64,000 nucleotides of DNA from Nageia nagi. Its lineage: Eukaryota; Plantae; Pinophyta. The DNA is taken from NCBI GenBank assembly GCA_050084985.1, contig JBITNC010000001.1:190898001-190962000 (forward strand), given 5' to 3'. The number at the start of each line of letters is the position of its first letter. Within the stretch, counting starts at the first letter, position 1. The translations under genes were made by a program, and so were the position numbers. Below, in pieces: positions 1-12,238 of the stretch. The notes under the pieces were generated by a model. It did no database searches. It was not told the DNA's origin and saw only the letters and a list, made by a program, of their open reading frames with translations.

Positions 1-539
1 AGCTTTTTTGAATATTGTACATGAGGAGGAAGAGAACCTTTTGTTGATATTGTAGCATATTGCCCACTTTTTGGAATGTAGGAGGCTTTTCCCATAAATT
101 GGCTTGTAGCGGAACATCTTCGTTGTAAACTAGTATGATGTGTTGCTCCACCATTTTGCTAAGGAAAACCATTTGACCATTGTACTTGTTTATTGGATGC
201 AAAACATTTGAAGTATGTTTCAAAACATTTGTTGACAATTTTTGTTTAGCCATCCAATTGTGAATGGTAAGCAAACCCATAGTTGAAAAACTTAGACTTG
301 GAGAGTGCTCGACTTGGCAAATTTTAGAGAGTACTTATAAACTCGACAACCTCAAACATTTTATGAAAAAACATACTAAAATCTATTTAAATATGAAATT
401 AGAGAGTTGCAAAGTCAATTTTCTATTAGATTTAAGTGAAATAAGTACGTTCATCGTTTGTGATCATCAATGACTATAAAAAACACAATAATGTAAAAAG
501 TTAAGTACTTCTAAAATACTTTCTTCTCTCACTTCGACC

Positions 540-2930
540 TCATTTATGTCCTCACAATGGGTGGTGGATCCTCATCCTCAAAAAGGATTCATAATAATTG
601 CAGTTGTTGCAGTTGATGGATCTTTTGCTACTTCCGTTTCAAATTGCTTGATTTCCTTGTCAGTGAACATGTGTTCCACATCTTCAACAACCCAATTTGC
701 TAATGTATCCACACCATCAAGGTCAATGACATCACGTGACTTTGTGCCCTCCACGTGTTTGAGGTGAAAGCAAAGATTATTTTAGACGAACACATGGTCA
801 TTGAGTCGCTATTGGCTCAATCCATTGCGTTTTTTAGTTTTTTAATATGAATGCTCTTAAACAATGACCAATTGCACTCACATCTAAATGTGCTACAAGG
901 CCGACTCAATATGCGCATTTTCTATCATTTGAAGATTAAATGATTAAGCACCATTATCTTCCCACCATAAATTTGCAAAAAAGAAATGACATTTTAAAAA
1001 AATCTATTAAAAAACTCAATCTAGATTCTACATTATGTATATTCTAAAAGGACCCTAATTTTTTTGAATTTTGAAGTGTTACTCGGTCGTTACTTGGTGG
1101 TAAAGTTGTCCTCAAGTTTTTGCAAAGCATTGAAGGAAAACCACTCCCCTTATCTTTCTTGTAGGCTTGCATCTCTTTGAGCATTAGGTCTCTGATGTGA
1201 TCCTCAAGGATCATCCTCTCTATGCAAGTATAGAGGTCATCCATAATTTCCTCATTGGGTTCAAGATCATTAGTGTAAAAATCTTGGGGTTCAATTACTA
1301 AATTGTTGCATGTAAAGGTTGATGGGGTGGTTGGTTCCATCTCCGATTAATGATACACCAAATGGGATCCAATTTATGCCTATCTACATGATAAAAATGT
1401 TGGATAGCCTTATTCACCCTATCCATGGCCTCATAGAGATAGCCCATTGGCATCAAATCACAATCCACAATGTGTGGAACCTTGACCAAAGGTTTTATCA
1501 GCTAAAACTCATAAAAAAAATAAATTAATCAGAAATTGAAATTTAGGAATACAAAAATACAAAGTTACAAACTAAAAATTGAAAAAATATAGAAGAACAA
1601 AATTTAAATTTTAAATTACCTTCATGAACTCATGAACACCTTACAAAAAAAGTTGTCAAACACTATCTTGATGACCTTCTCTCCATCCTCCTTATGGCCA
1701 AAAGAAGACCCCATCCATCACTAACTCATAAACATCCTCTTAAGAGGAGCTTCGACATTTGAAAGGCTCTGTAATGCAATAAAATTAGAGGCAAATCGAG
1801 TGATACTTAGATGAATAATCTTCTTGCCACTTGTGTGCTCTCTCACCAAACAAAGCATCCAAGTGTGGTTGTAGATGAATTTCGTAATTGTTTTAGTTTC
1901 TTCAACCACACTGGTAATCCATGCGAGCTTGCCAATGTCCTTTAGCATAAGGTTGATGCAATGGGCTACACAAGGGCTTCAAAATAAATCGGGGGTACTT
2001 TTCTTCATAAAGTCTCCCTACAACTACATATGCTATAGCGTTGTCCATTACTACTAAGACAACATTCTCCACACCCACTTCCATCACCACCTCTTCCAAC
2101 AATCTGAAAAACAACTTTGTATTTTTTATCTCATTAGATGCATCAACCAACTTCAAGAAGAGCATTGATCCACTTGAAGCCATCGTGAAGTCGATGAGTG
2201 CGCGATTATTCGCGTTTCCATATTTGCGGTAAACTTTTCTTTACTCGTCTAACAAACATGTGTGTTGGCAATTACATCCTCAAGAAAAGGACCACTCAAA
2301 TCCTTTGTAATAGGGGGCTTCATCTCTCTTCCAATTGCGGTGAAAATTGTTGCCATGGAATCCCAATAAGGACTATTTGCAACATTAAAATGAATGTTGT
2401 ATTAGTACCAAAACTTTGCAGTCGTTTTAGGTTGCATTAGCCTTTTCTTTCCCTTATGTTGCAGTTCAAGGGAAGGTTGTGCCTCTGAACGAGGAATAAA
2501 GAAACCCTCTACTACATTTTGCCTCTCCACCACCTGAAGATCAAATGCGTGGGCCAAGAATAGATTTTGATGTTGATATTGACTCACAAGCCGCACAATC
2601 CCCAAAGCCAAAGTTCCCAAGTTTGGCTCCAACTACAACCATGGTTCTTTTATTTTCCATCTTCTTTGCCTTAGAATAGAGTAGGGCTTGTATCTCATGA
2701 GTGACCTCAAGGTCCATAGAATCACAAAGCTCTACATCTTGACCAGATATCCTCGTAAGATGGTATTTGAACCTTTGAATACCACCCTTTAACTTTTTTG
2801 CAGCTATTAGAAATAACTTGATTCAGAAGAAGACCCTTCTTACCACGCTTCCAAGAAGAATCCCTCCCTAGTAATGGAGATGAATGGCCCTCATTTGCAA
2901 AATCCAATTGCAAACAAAAGAACCCATTTG
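540..2930 (-). mobile_element. Degenerate hAT (BED finger - DUF659 - hATC) transposase, apparently intron-containing, inside the PANK2 upstream intron
   Basis: Minus-strand translations give a BED-like GGIQRFKYHLTRISGQDVELC (~2720-2800), DUF659 region FLKLVDASNEIK..VGVENVV and MLKDIGKLAWI..KFIYNH..TRFASNF, PMGYLYEAMDR, and hATC RILSRPCS..CECNWSLF..KKRNGL..RLND (~770-920). Many stops and frameshifts. Candidate left TIR CATAGTTGAAAA at 278-289; no convincing right TIR or TSD. Confidence 0.85.
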
Positions 2931-3644
2931 AGTTATAAGCATACCAAAAAAAAAGACAACAAAATCATTATTAGTTTGTTTGAATAAAAGAAAAAAACTT
3001 AATTTTTAGTGAATATACAAGGTACAAATAAAATATAAACTAGAAGTGGAACATGTTAATCAACATAAAACAATAAAATGGAAAAACCAAGTTGTAGAGA
3101 AGAAAACCCTAACCCTAATTTTTTAGTAAATCTATGGAATATTAAAAAAAAATACCCATTTGAAATATGGACAATGCTTTAAATGAACAAAGAAAAAAAC
3201 AAGAATTTGCTTTAGAAAAGATAAAACAAATACCCTACCACTTAAATTTCATGATGAAAATAAAAACCCCTTGGTTAAATCCCTAAATCATTTGGAATCC
3301 ACGGTTGAAAATTTGAAATCTGTGGTGAAAAGCTTTGGATTGATGAAGAAACTTCAAATCTTCAAAACACAAACCTATAGAGTAAAATGGATTGCAACAA
3401 GGATGAAATGACCAAATGACCTCTTATTTCGTCCTTAACCCCCCTTACTGTCCAAATCTGCATTTTTTTCTGCAACTTTTTAAGTAGTTGTTTTGTAGAC
3501 GATATTGCATGTACACATCCATGCTCATGCATTTTGGATATCCCATTTGCCTCAACATCCTCTTTTCATTTTTTTGTATTGGATCTCAAAGTCATAGACA
3601 AGCATTTTGGTGTCCCATTTATGTTGCTCCATACAAGAGAGGTA

Positions 3645-4125
3645 TTACTTGAAGAAGTACTTTAGACTATTATGGTCCATTTTGATTGTGAAATGTCTTC
3701 CCATCAATATCTCCATTTGTTAATCGCATGTATGATGGGTGTCATTTCCTTCTCATATGTAGATTTTCCCAAGTTCCTTCTTGGTAGATGTTTGCTTTCA
3801 ATCGCCAAGGGTGCCCATCTTGCATCAATAAAACACTAATTCCATTTCTTGATGCATCACAAAGGTTGAAGTTGGGAGTCAATAGAACTAGCATGGAGCG
3901 CATAGCTTGTTAAATGCTAATGTATCTTCTTTTATAAGTGCCATTCAGGGCACTACACTTATAGTATACTTGTTTACAAACTTTCTAAAATAGCCCAAGT
4001 TATAAAACTCCTAAAGGTATTTGACAATCTTGGGTATTGACTATTGCTTTATAGCTTGAATCTCCTTGGCATTAACTCTAATACCTTTGTGAGAAACACC
4101 ATAGCCTAAGTATTATATTTTTAAT
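3645..4125 (-). mobile_element. Ty3/gypsy pol fragment (end of RT plus RNase H)
   Basis: Minus strand, across frameshifts, reads LGYGVSHKGIRV..YFRKFV..CDASRNGI..LMQDGHPLAIESK..STYEKEM..IKMDHNSLKYF, typical gypsy RNase H motifs. Confidence 0.7.
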
Positions 4126-4838
4126 GGTAAATGCTTCCTATACTTAGTTTCTCAACGATTTAAATCATACATTGTACAATCATGGATGTAGTACCATGGT
4201 AGCAAGGAAGTATTCTGGGGTGCATTCAAGGTCAACCATATGGCACGACCTAAGGCATAGTATTTCAAATTGGTTATAGGGCCATCGATACTTGTTCAAG
4301 CAGCTCCGAATTATCAACTAGAACAACTAAGAGCAGCATTGCTAGAAATGACTGATAAGGTAGAGCAATTGAAAAGGGAAAGGCAGGGAGAGGATAGCCT
4401 TCAATACAGTTTCCATTCAACTTCTTCAGAATCTACACAAATTTTGGAAGCATTGTAGAATAATGTGAATAAAGCAGATCAATCTGAAGATGAGCAAGAA
4501 CAAATCAGCCCAATCCAGTCAGAGCCTCCATTTTGTCCTCAGTTTACTTCCAAAGATGATGAAGATGAAGACGCAAATGAGCATTCCAAATTAATCTTCT
4601 TGAATTTAGAAGAAGATTGCAAAGCCTTATGCCCATTTGTATCTGAAATTAAATGAGTGGAGATGGAAAGGTGATTAGAGCTGACGTATGGTTCCCCCAC
4701 CAAAACTGACCACCTATGACATGAAGAGGATGTGGCAGCATAGTCTTAATACAGTGTGTAGCATAAATTGTGTTTTATGCGGCTTCTTGGTTGGAACATG
4801 TGTAATCCAGCTGGTGCAAGATTCTTTGTTTCCACATA

Positions 4839-6105
4839 TGTGACGTCCCATTTGGACCATTGACAAAATGTGTCATGGTCACTTTGTAATCTAGTGTTTG
4901 TTTATGATCATGTTGTACATGTGTAACTCAAGCAGGAGCTTATGGTATGTGGACCCCATTGTGAGCCTAGAAATGGGACATCTTCCCTTGAGTAGTGATG
5001 TTGTTTTATGTGTATGGGTAATCCCGGATTGTGGGAATCCCTCGAACATCCCCTTTCAGAAGATAGAGTTCGCCACAAGTCTTGGAGAGTTGATATGATT
5101 GGTTCTTTGGATAGGGCATCTCATGGGCAACATTTTGACAGGTCACACGACATGGTTTCATCAAGGGACGAAGGAGTTATGGGCTCTTGAAGTTTGCCAG
5201 TTGAAACAGTCTTGCACTTCATGGCCGCCCACGGAAATCTATAAACAACTCTATATTGACCGCTTGAAATGTGATGTCCCACTCCTTGGGATGTGAGTAT
5301 GTTGTGATGTGTATTCAATGCATGTAGCAATAGTAATGGGACCATTTTTCTAAGTTGTGATGCATGATTCCAAGGTGTTGCATATCTAGCCATTGGATCT
5401 TGTGATTACGGGTATCCCTAGGCAACATTGGAATAGAGAGGCATGCACATGATTCCTAGGTGAGATCTAGGAGAGACTATATACTGAGGATGGAGCTAGA
5501 TGATGAGGTTAGCTATTGATTATACTTCTATTACACTAAACCGGATCAGGCTTGCAAGTCTTGGCGATGCCGAGCATTCTTCCTAGGCGGTGTCTAGGGG
5601 GGTGATAGGGTTGGGAGCCTGGCACTCTACGACTTAGGTGGGTCACCTAGTCCATCCGGTGGTATACCAAGGGCAAGCTTCTACTTTCAATAGTTAGCCA
5701 GGGTTTGAGGAGGCTCCTTCGCAGGAGAGGATTCGAAGTCTGAGGGAGTTAGTCTTTCCTGTGGTGTTCGGCTTGTACAAGGGTTTGGAACCCTAGATCT
5801 AGATGTTAAGATTCTTATTGTATACCATTGTTATTCCATAATATAATCCATCTCATTGTGTCTCTCTTCATTGTGTTGTGTTCATATCTGTGAGGTATTC
5901 GTTGAGGTGCCAAGTGTTATTGTGTGCCCTAAGGGGCTGATGTTAGGGTGTAGGGGTTGTGTGGAGGCCTTGGGAGGCTCACGTCTGCATTGTGGGTTGT
6001 TAGGGTGCCCTAGGGGCCCAAAGTAGGTGTGCTAGCTTCATTTGTCGAGGGTTTGAGTTGCATCGTTGGAGTCGTTTGTACTGAAAGTGATTTTAGATTG
6101 TCACA
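4839..6105. mobile_element. Solo LTR (gypsy-like), 1267 bp
   Basis: Termini TGTGAC...GTCACA form a perfect 6-bp inverted repeat, flanked by an identical 5-bp TSD ACATA (4834-4838 and 6106-6110). GC-richer than flanks, with no coding signal. Confidence 0.85.
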
Positions 6106-6585
6106 ACATAATTTTGGAAACACCAATCTTGTGATTGACAAATGGAAATTTTTCCTATTGTAACAGTTTAGGAAAATGAACTAGTCTCTTGGTTGATGTT
6201 TACAAAATAAAGGTGTCCTCCAATAATCCCTATAATGAATGCGTTGGATATAATAAAACTTTGGATACAGGGAAGAGGAACTGCAAGGAGTGATAGCAGT
6301 GAACTAAACTTTTTATATTTTCTAGACGAGACAATCGCATTCAAAGTTCACAGTATTGCATAATGTATTTGTGTATATATATAGCTGTCTACACACCACA
6401 AATATATCCGGTAACAAACATTTGATGTATTATTTTCATTCCAATTCATGGTAGCAAGCAATGGTTACTGTTTTTTAATCTATGTCATAATTATCTGGGA
6501 CATTATGATTTTTCTCATCTATTTTATTCCATCCATGTCTATTCGCAGACAGGAATACATCTTACATTCTTTCTATTCTTTGCAG

Positions 6586-6732
6586 GAGAAGAGATTGCTG
6601 ACCCTTATTGAGGGTGTTCTTGCTGCAAACATCTTTGATTGGGGGTCACGGGCTTGTGTTGAGCTATATCATAAAGGCACAATTATTGAAATTTACCGCA
6701 TGAGTCGCAAAAAGATGCATCGTCCTTGGCGT
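6586..6732 (+). CDS. PANK2: Pantothenate kinase 2 (DUF89 domain), first exon visible in window
   Basis: tttgcag|GAG...CGT|gtaagt; encodes EKRLLTLIEGVLAANIFDWGSRACVELYHKGTIIEIYRMSRKKMHRPWR, matching plant PANK2 DUF89. Upstream exons lie outside the window. Confidence 0.95.
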
Positions 6733-6943
6733 GTAAGTTAATGATGAAAGAGTCTCAAAGTCTATTCAGCTCCGAACAGCATATTTATTTTGTTTCTGCA
6801 GTTTTTCATTTTATTACACATTTTATGAGACATATGACCCTAAAATGATTTACAAATCATATGTGAGCATGAACTTCTTTGGGAGCTTTTTCATAATTCA
6901 TTATTAAACCTACTTAGACACTTTATTATCTTTTCTGGCACAG

Positions 6944-7102
6944 GTCGATGACTTTGATAAATTTAAAGAGAGGATGTTAGGCTCTGGAAAAGAGAAGCCC
7001 AAGCCACATAAACGAGCACTTCTGTTTGTTGACAACTCAGGTGCTGACATTGTGCTTGGAATGTTGCCACTAACATGTGAACTTCTACGCCGTGGGACAG
7101 AG
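6944..7102 (+). CDS. PANK2: PANK2 exon (DNSG metal-binding motif)
   Basis: cacag|GTC...GAG|gtattg; encodes VDDFDKFKERMLGSGKEKPKPHKRALLFVDNSGADIVLGMLPLTCELLRRGTE; phase 0. Confidence 0.95.
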
Positions 7103-9813
7103 GTATTGTTGTAGCATTTAATTCATCTCCGATGTCTATTGGTCAATTTCAAGTTTACTCTGATATATATCAAATTGTATGGGATAACCGAACTTTCGGA
7201 AAGAAAGTAACCAATATTGTTTCTTAATGGGAATATATTCATCTCATTAACCAATACTAATTAATATATACAGTAGTGAGCTGTAGATGTACAGTGTATC
7301 TTGTAACAAAGGTAGATACTTATCATCCTTTAATATTTTAGCAACAGACATTCAGAGTCACAAATTTGATCTAGAATATTGCATATAATAACTAAGATCA
7401 AACGAGTTGTACTTTGCAGAGTACTTTGTGAATTGTGATCTGACAACTCCATGATATGTAGCCATTAGAAAGAATAATGGCTATTAAGGATATGCAATTT
7501 TTCAATGTATGAGTTGGTGTTGGTGTTGTTGCAAGAAATTAAGTACGTACGATTTGTAGTAACAACTAACAACACAGGTACAACTTAATGCAGGATATAT
7601 CATTACCTTTTGGTTTGATATCATTTCAACCTGCTTGCAGATGGATTGAAAATGCTGTTATGCCGATGTATAGTCTATATTGGAAATGAAATAGACCATG
7701 GAAGTTTCATCAGCTAGCCTGTTTCTTCAGTTCCTGGATCTCTGTTCTTTCTGATATTTTCTTGCTCTTTATCCTCGAGCTTGGCAATTAAAAGTTGGTT
7801 AGTTTGGAGAAGGATTAATGTACTAAACGTAGTTAATGAACTGCCTTATGTATTTGCAACCAAAAGGTAGAACTGACGATACCTTTTGCCAAGGCAAATG
7901 GGAGACTGATGATGCAGGTCTAGAGACACAGCACAGAAAAATGTGGAGTTGTGAAATCAAAACATAGTGCGTGTGTAAATTCATCCATTTTTTGGTGAAG
8001 CAGACTTAATGTTACATGATAATTAATAGGTAATTGTCTGAATCTGGCTGGCTCCTTCCCTTGTATCACTTAACCTTATGCCTTTAACTCCATGCTGTAA
8101 TACTTGTGATGATATTGAGGCAGAGGCTGCAGTTCTAGACTTCTACAGTATCAGCAAAAATAGATTTGGAATGTCAATAATGAAATTTGCATATTTGCAT
8201 AATGCCAATCATGATGCAATATGGAATTGTCAAAATACCAATCACTTATATAGCTGCAAAATCTAGTCCTTGAAAGTGCCTGTCATGCAGAAGTCAAGTA
8301 CCTATACATGAAATATTTTTCTACGACATTTCTGAAATACTGTCCAGTATCCGCTCCAATCTTCAGTTTTCTTCAAAAATATTCAAATCAAATTGCAAGA
8401 AGAGTGATCTAATCTGCATTTAGTTATAGATGCAAAAATACTGATGAGTGTTGTTGGTGCATTTGTACACCAGAAGCGAAAGTTTCTTGTCATCTAGCTT
8501 TCATGCCACAAGAAAGCTTTCTGTAGACCATTAAAATGTTATTGCAAATACTATAACTAGTTTATTGCTTGCTTACAACCTTTCTGAACATTCAGTTTGT
8601 TTCTTATATAACTGCATATGGACTTGGACCTTAGCTTATGTAGTAAAACAATTTATTAGAGTTCTTCATCAGGTACGAAGATTAATTTTTGAAACTATAC
8701 TGGTTATGACAACAATGGGTAAATAAGTAATGACTTTTGAAGATGTTGATGTATTTTGTGGCTATGCAAAAATATGCATACATTAATTATTCACTTCTCC
8801 ATGGCTACCAGTTCTCTAAGATATGCATTAGTTGTGTTATTCCTTAGAGACACCAGCAACTGAGGTGGTTCACCAAGTGTTCAGCAGCTGGGTCCATCAT
8901 CACTTGAGGTGTTTGTAGTCTATACTCTTGTAGCGTTGAAGTGATTCTTCATGATATTTGAAGTTTCATTATCCTCGCATCTGCCAATTTGAGGTAATCT
9001 CCATGTCTGTCAGTGGTGGATGTGATTATCCATGGTATTCCCAGCAGTTGGGATCCTCTATATCTTTCTTGTGAGAAACACAACATTGAAACCATATTGT
9101 CATTTCATATTGGAGGAAGAATGTTGCAGCTCATTCATATTTTGGGTCTCCTTTCTGTTCTTTCTCTGAGAACTTGTTTCCTGAATTGGATATTTCTGCA
9201 TGTTGTTACAGGATATTTCCAGCCTGTTTTCAGGAGATAGATGTCTGTTTCAAATTTGTTTGAAAGCCATTTTGAGTCATTTGAAGTTGTTCTCTGGTTC
9301 ATTTTGACCAAATTTCTGTCATTGTGTATTTCTGTGAAGTAAATTATAGCAGTGGCATGCATGATGTGTTAGCCATTATGTGGGTGTTTTGTGAATGAGG
9401 AATCTATGTAAATATGTCATACCATCTAATATGACATCGTATTTATCATGACGGTCAATTTATTTTAGGTCTGAAGAGATTTTACACATGCATGTCATGC
9501 CCTCTTTGACCAAAAAATAGAAGTGCTTCATAAGGCAACTATTAGGAACAGATGAAATTCAGCTTATAAAATAATTCTATACTAAAAGATATCATCAGTG
9601 GCAAATGACATTTCCAGAACAAAAGATATCATATGTGTATGTTACCTGTCTCAAAAACCTTTTTGAAAGCACAATTAATGTCATTATTTATTTGCTAACG
9701 GCACAGATACCATTTGCATCATAACATGCAATGGTATAAAGATAGTTGTATTTTTCAGTTATTCCAAACATATATTTGTTAGATAATTCATAATACTATT
9801 TAACTAATTGCAG

Positions 9814-9897
9814 GTTGTTCTTGTTGCTAATTCACTTCCAGCACTCAATGATGTGACCGCTAGTGAGCTCCCTGACATTGTGGCAGAAGCTGCAAAG
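9814..9897 (+). CDS. PANK2: PANK2 exon (LNDVT motif), followed by a GC donor
   Basis: ttgcag|GTT...AAG|gcaagt; encodes VVLVANSLPALNDVTASELPDIVAEAAK. Confidence 0.93.
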
Positions 9898-10656
9898 GCA
9901 AGTCCTATTCTGTGCCACTGTTTTATAGTTTTAGACAATAAAACAGACGTATCAAAAGTAACCTGTTTGCTGTTTTTAATTTGTCAAAGATCATATCCAG
10001 TTGTCAGAAGAACTTTAAAATGTTGAATTCTGAACCTTGTATGAGTTTCCCTTTTTCATTATATAAGATATGTATTTACATTAGTGTCTCCATTCATTTT
10101 CATTTACAAGAAAGTAAATTTAGAAACAACTGGTATGGCCGTGGGTTTTCTCTGATGTTATTTTCATATCTAGTACAGGTCCCATATATCAAATGTGAAT
10201 TTTTGTAGTTTTTTTCAATTTCTTTCAATGGAAATGTCATCTTGTTCAAATAGCATAATATTATTACTTATATTATCTCATCTAGTGAAAGTCATTTTAG
10301 GAACAGATGAGTCTATGATATGAAACATTATTTCCTTTTTGGAGGATGTTGCAATCTTCCGTTATGCCCCAAAGCACTTAAGTATCATACTCTTTCCAAG
10401 AGCAGGTGAAATATTCCAAGAAAGAGATATGAGATATATATTGGTTGGGTAAAAGCTGTAAGGGTACATAGTAATCTTTTGACATGCAGGATGATGTAGA
10501 ATTTCTTGTCTCACTGATGGAAATCATGTTAGCTGTTGGAGAGTAAAAGATTCACTAAAAAGAAAATTGTTAGCCACCTGAAGATAAATAGAATCTGCAT
10601 CAGATTAAATTTACAAGCAAATTTTCATCCTTTGTTCAAATTAACTTGGATTGATG

Positions 10657-10995
10657 CAGTGTTGAAAAGAGGATCAGGGATGGGACAGTACAGGATGCCA
10701 AGACAGGTAAGTGGGACAGCAGCGTGTGAGGGGCCAGTTTTAGGGGATGTCAAAACAAAAATATAGAAAAATGTGAAAATATAGTAAATCCGATTTCCCC
10801 CATATGTTCAAGCACAAATACATAATAAGGACTGAAAATATAAAATCGGAAAATGTTATATATCATTATTAATATCCAATCTGAATCATGTGAACAAAAA
10901 ATGATGTCTCCAATTCAAAGCATGATGAAGTTACCTGGGGATGCTTAGCGGGATGGTCCCCTGGGGGCAGGTGGCATGTCCTATTGTAAGTGAGG
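10657..10995. mobile_element. Possible degenerate non-autonomous hAT/MITE in a PANK2 intron
   Basis: Starts CAGTGTTGAAAA (hAT-TIR-like), with GGGAC/GGGAT-rich subterminal blocks at both ends and an A-rich core. No matching second TIR or TSD found. Confidence 0.3.
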
Positions 10996-11299
10996 TTTAA
11001 TGACATTTTTGAGATTCGAAATACTTCAGCTTTCCTGGTTGGTATTGATTAGTGTGAAAATCAGTCATGAAAATTGGCTTCCTGCTTACTTTATTGCAAG
11101 GATAAGTAAGATTTAAGTATTGTATTTTAATTTCTTATATTTCTTGCTCTGATACTTTTTCTTCCCATCAGAAATCTTGGCTTGTGGTATTGCTTCCTTT
11201 CATTTTAAATATTGGCAGTATATCAATTCTTGTATTCAGAGGTAATAATTTCACTCTTGGTTTCCATATAATACTGATTCAGACTCTTGATATTTACAG

Positions 11300-11497
11300 C
11301 ATTGTGACATTCTAAGGAAAGCTGCTGAAGCCGGAGGGCTGCTAGTTGATGCTATGGTGAATGACCAAGAAGAAAATACAAAAAATGTATCCTTTGTTCC
11401 ACCTTTAATGGTTGTTGAAAATGGCTGTGGAGGCCCATGCTTAGACTTCCGACAAGTTAGCTCAGAACTAGCTGCAATAGCAAAAGATACTGATCTG
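11300..11497 (+). CDS. PANK2: PANK2 exon
   Basis: ttacag|CAT...CTG|gtatgt; encodes HCDILRKAAEAGGLLVDAMVNDQEENTKNVSFVPPLMVVENGCGGPCLDFRQVSSELAAIAKDTDL. Confidence 0.95.
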
Positions 11498-11615
11498 GTA
11501 TGTTATGCATTTATGGAATTCAATTATAATTTTTTTTTTTTTTTTGAATAATTAACAACTAGGCCACGCACGTCTTTATGAAGCATTTTCTCCTTTTAAA
11601 TTCTGATAATGGTCC

Positions 11616-12160
11616 TGTTAGAAAATGGAGACTACAACCGGCTAGAAAACAGAGAGCAGTTTCTTTCTCGTTTAACACCAAATTTCAGTTGCCAAGAAGC
11701 CATGACACTTGGTTATCAGTTATAGAAGGGTTGGGGGTTACCTAACGACCTTCTTGATCCAACTTGGGTTTAAGTTGGGTTAGTTTGTACCTATAAATAA
11801 GAGGCTTGAGTTGAGGCATGTAGTATTGTAGTTTTGACAGCAATTGTGAAGTAGATTGTGATTGTTGAGAGAGAGATTGTAGTGAGGTTTTGTTGTAACT
11901 CCAAAGTGAAGATTGTAGCAAGGTTATGCTGCTGGTTTGTTGCTTGGAGGACTTTGAAGAATGATATGCAAAAGGGTTGAAAGCTTCTCCGTGGATGTAG
12001 CCTACATTGGGTGAACCACGTTATCTCTTGTGTCTCTCTTTGTGTGATTGATGTTCATGGTTATTTGATTTCAGTAGTATGCTTTGAATGTTGTTTCTTT
12101 TGCTAAGGAGTAAGAGAATTATTGATGCTCTTGCTTATATAAACTTATTAAATCCTAACA
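11616..12160 (+). repeat. 5' LTR (545 bp)
   Basis: TGTTAG...CTAACA; TATAAATA at 11792-11799; near-identical to 16169-16712. Confidence 0.97.
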
Positions 12161-12162
12161 AG

Positions 12163-12174
12163 TGGTATCAGAGC
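12163..12174 (+). promoter_or_regulatory. Primer binding site (tRNA-iMet)
   Basis: TGGTATCAGAGC two nt after the LTR end. Confidence 0.95.
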
Positions 12175-12238
12175 ATGTTGTTTTGTTGGGATTTTGTTGG
12201 TGAATCTTGTGTGTAGATTGGAAACCAAGAAGAGCACT

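Noticed and set aside
4270-4656. PBS-like TGGTTATAGGGCC followed by acidic/coiled-coil ORFs
   Set aside because: Possibly a gag N-terminal remnant, but the PBS match is poor and no diagnostic motif is present.
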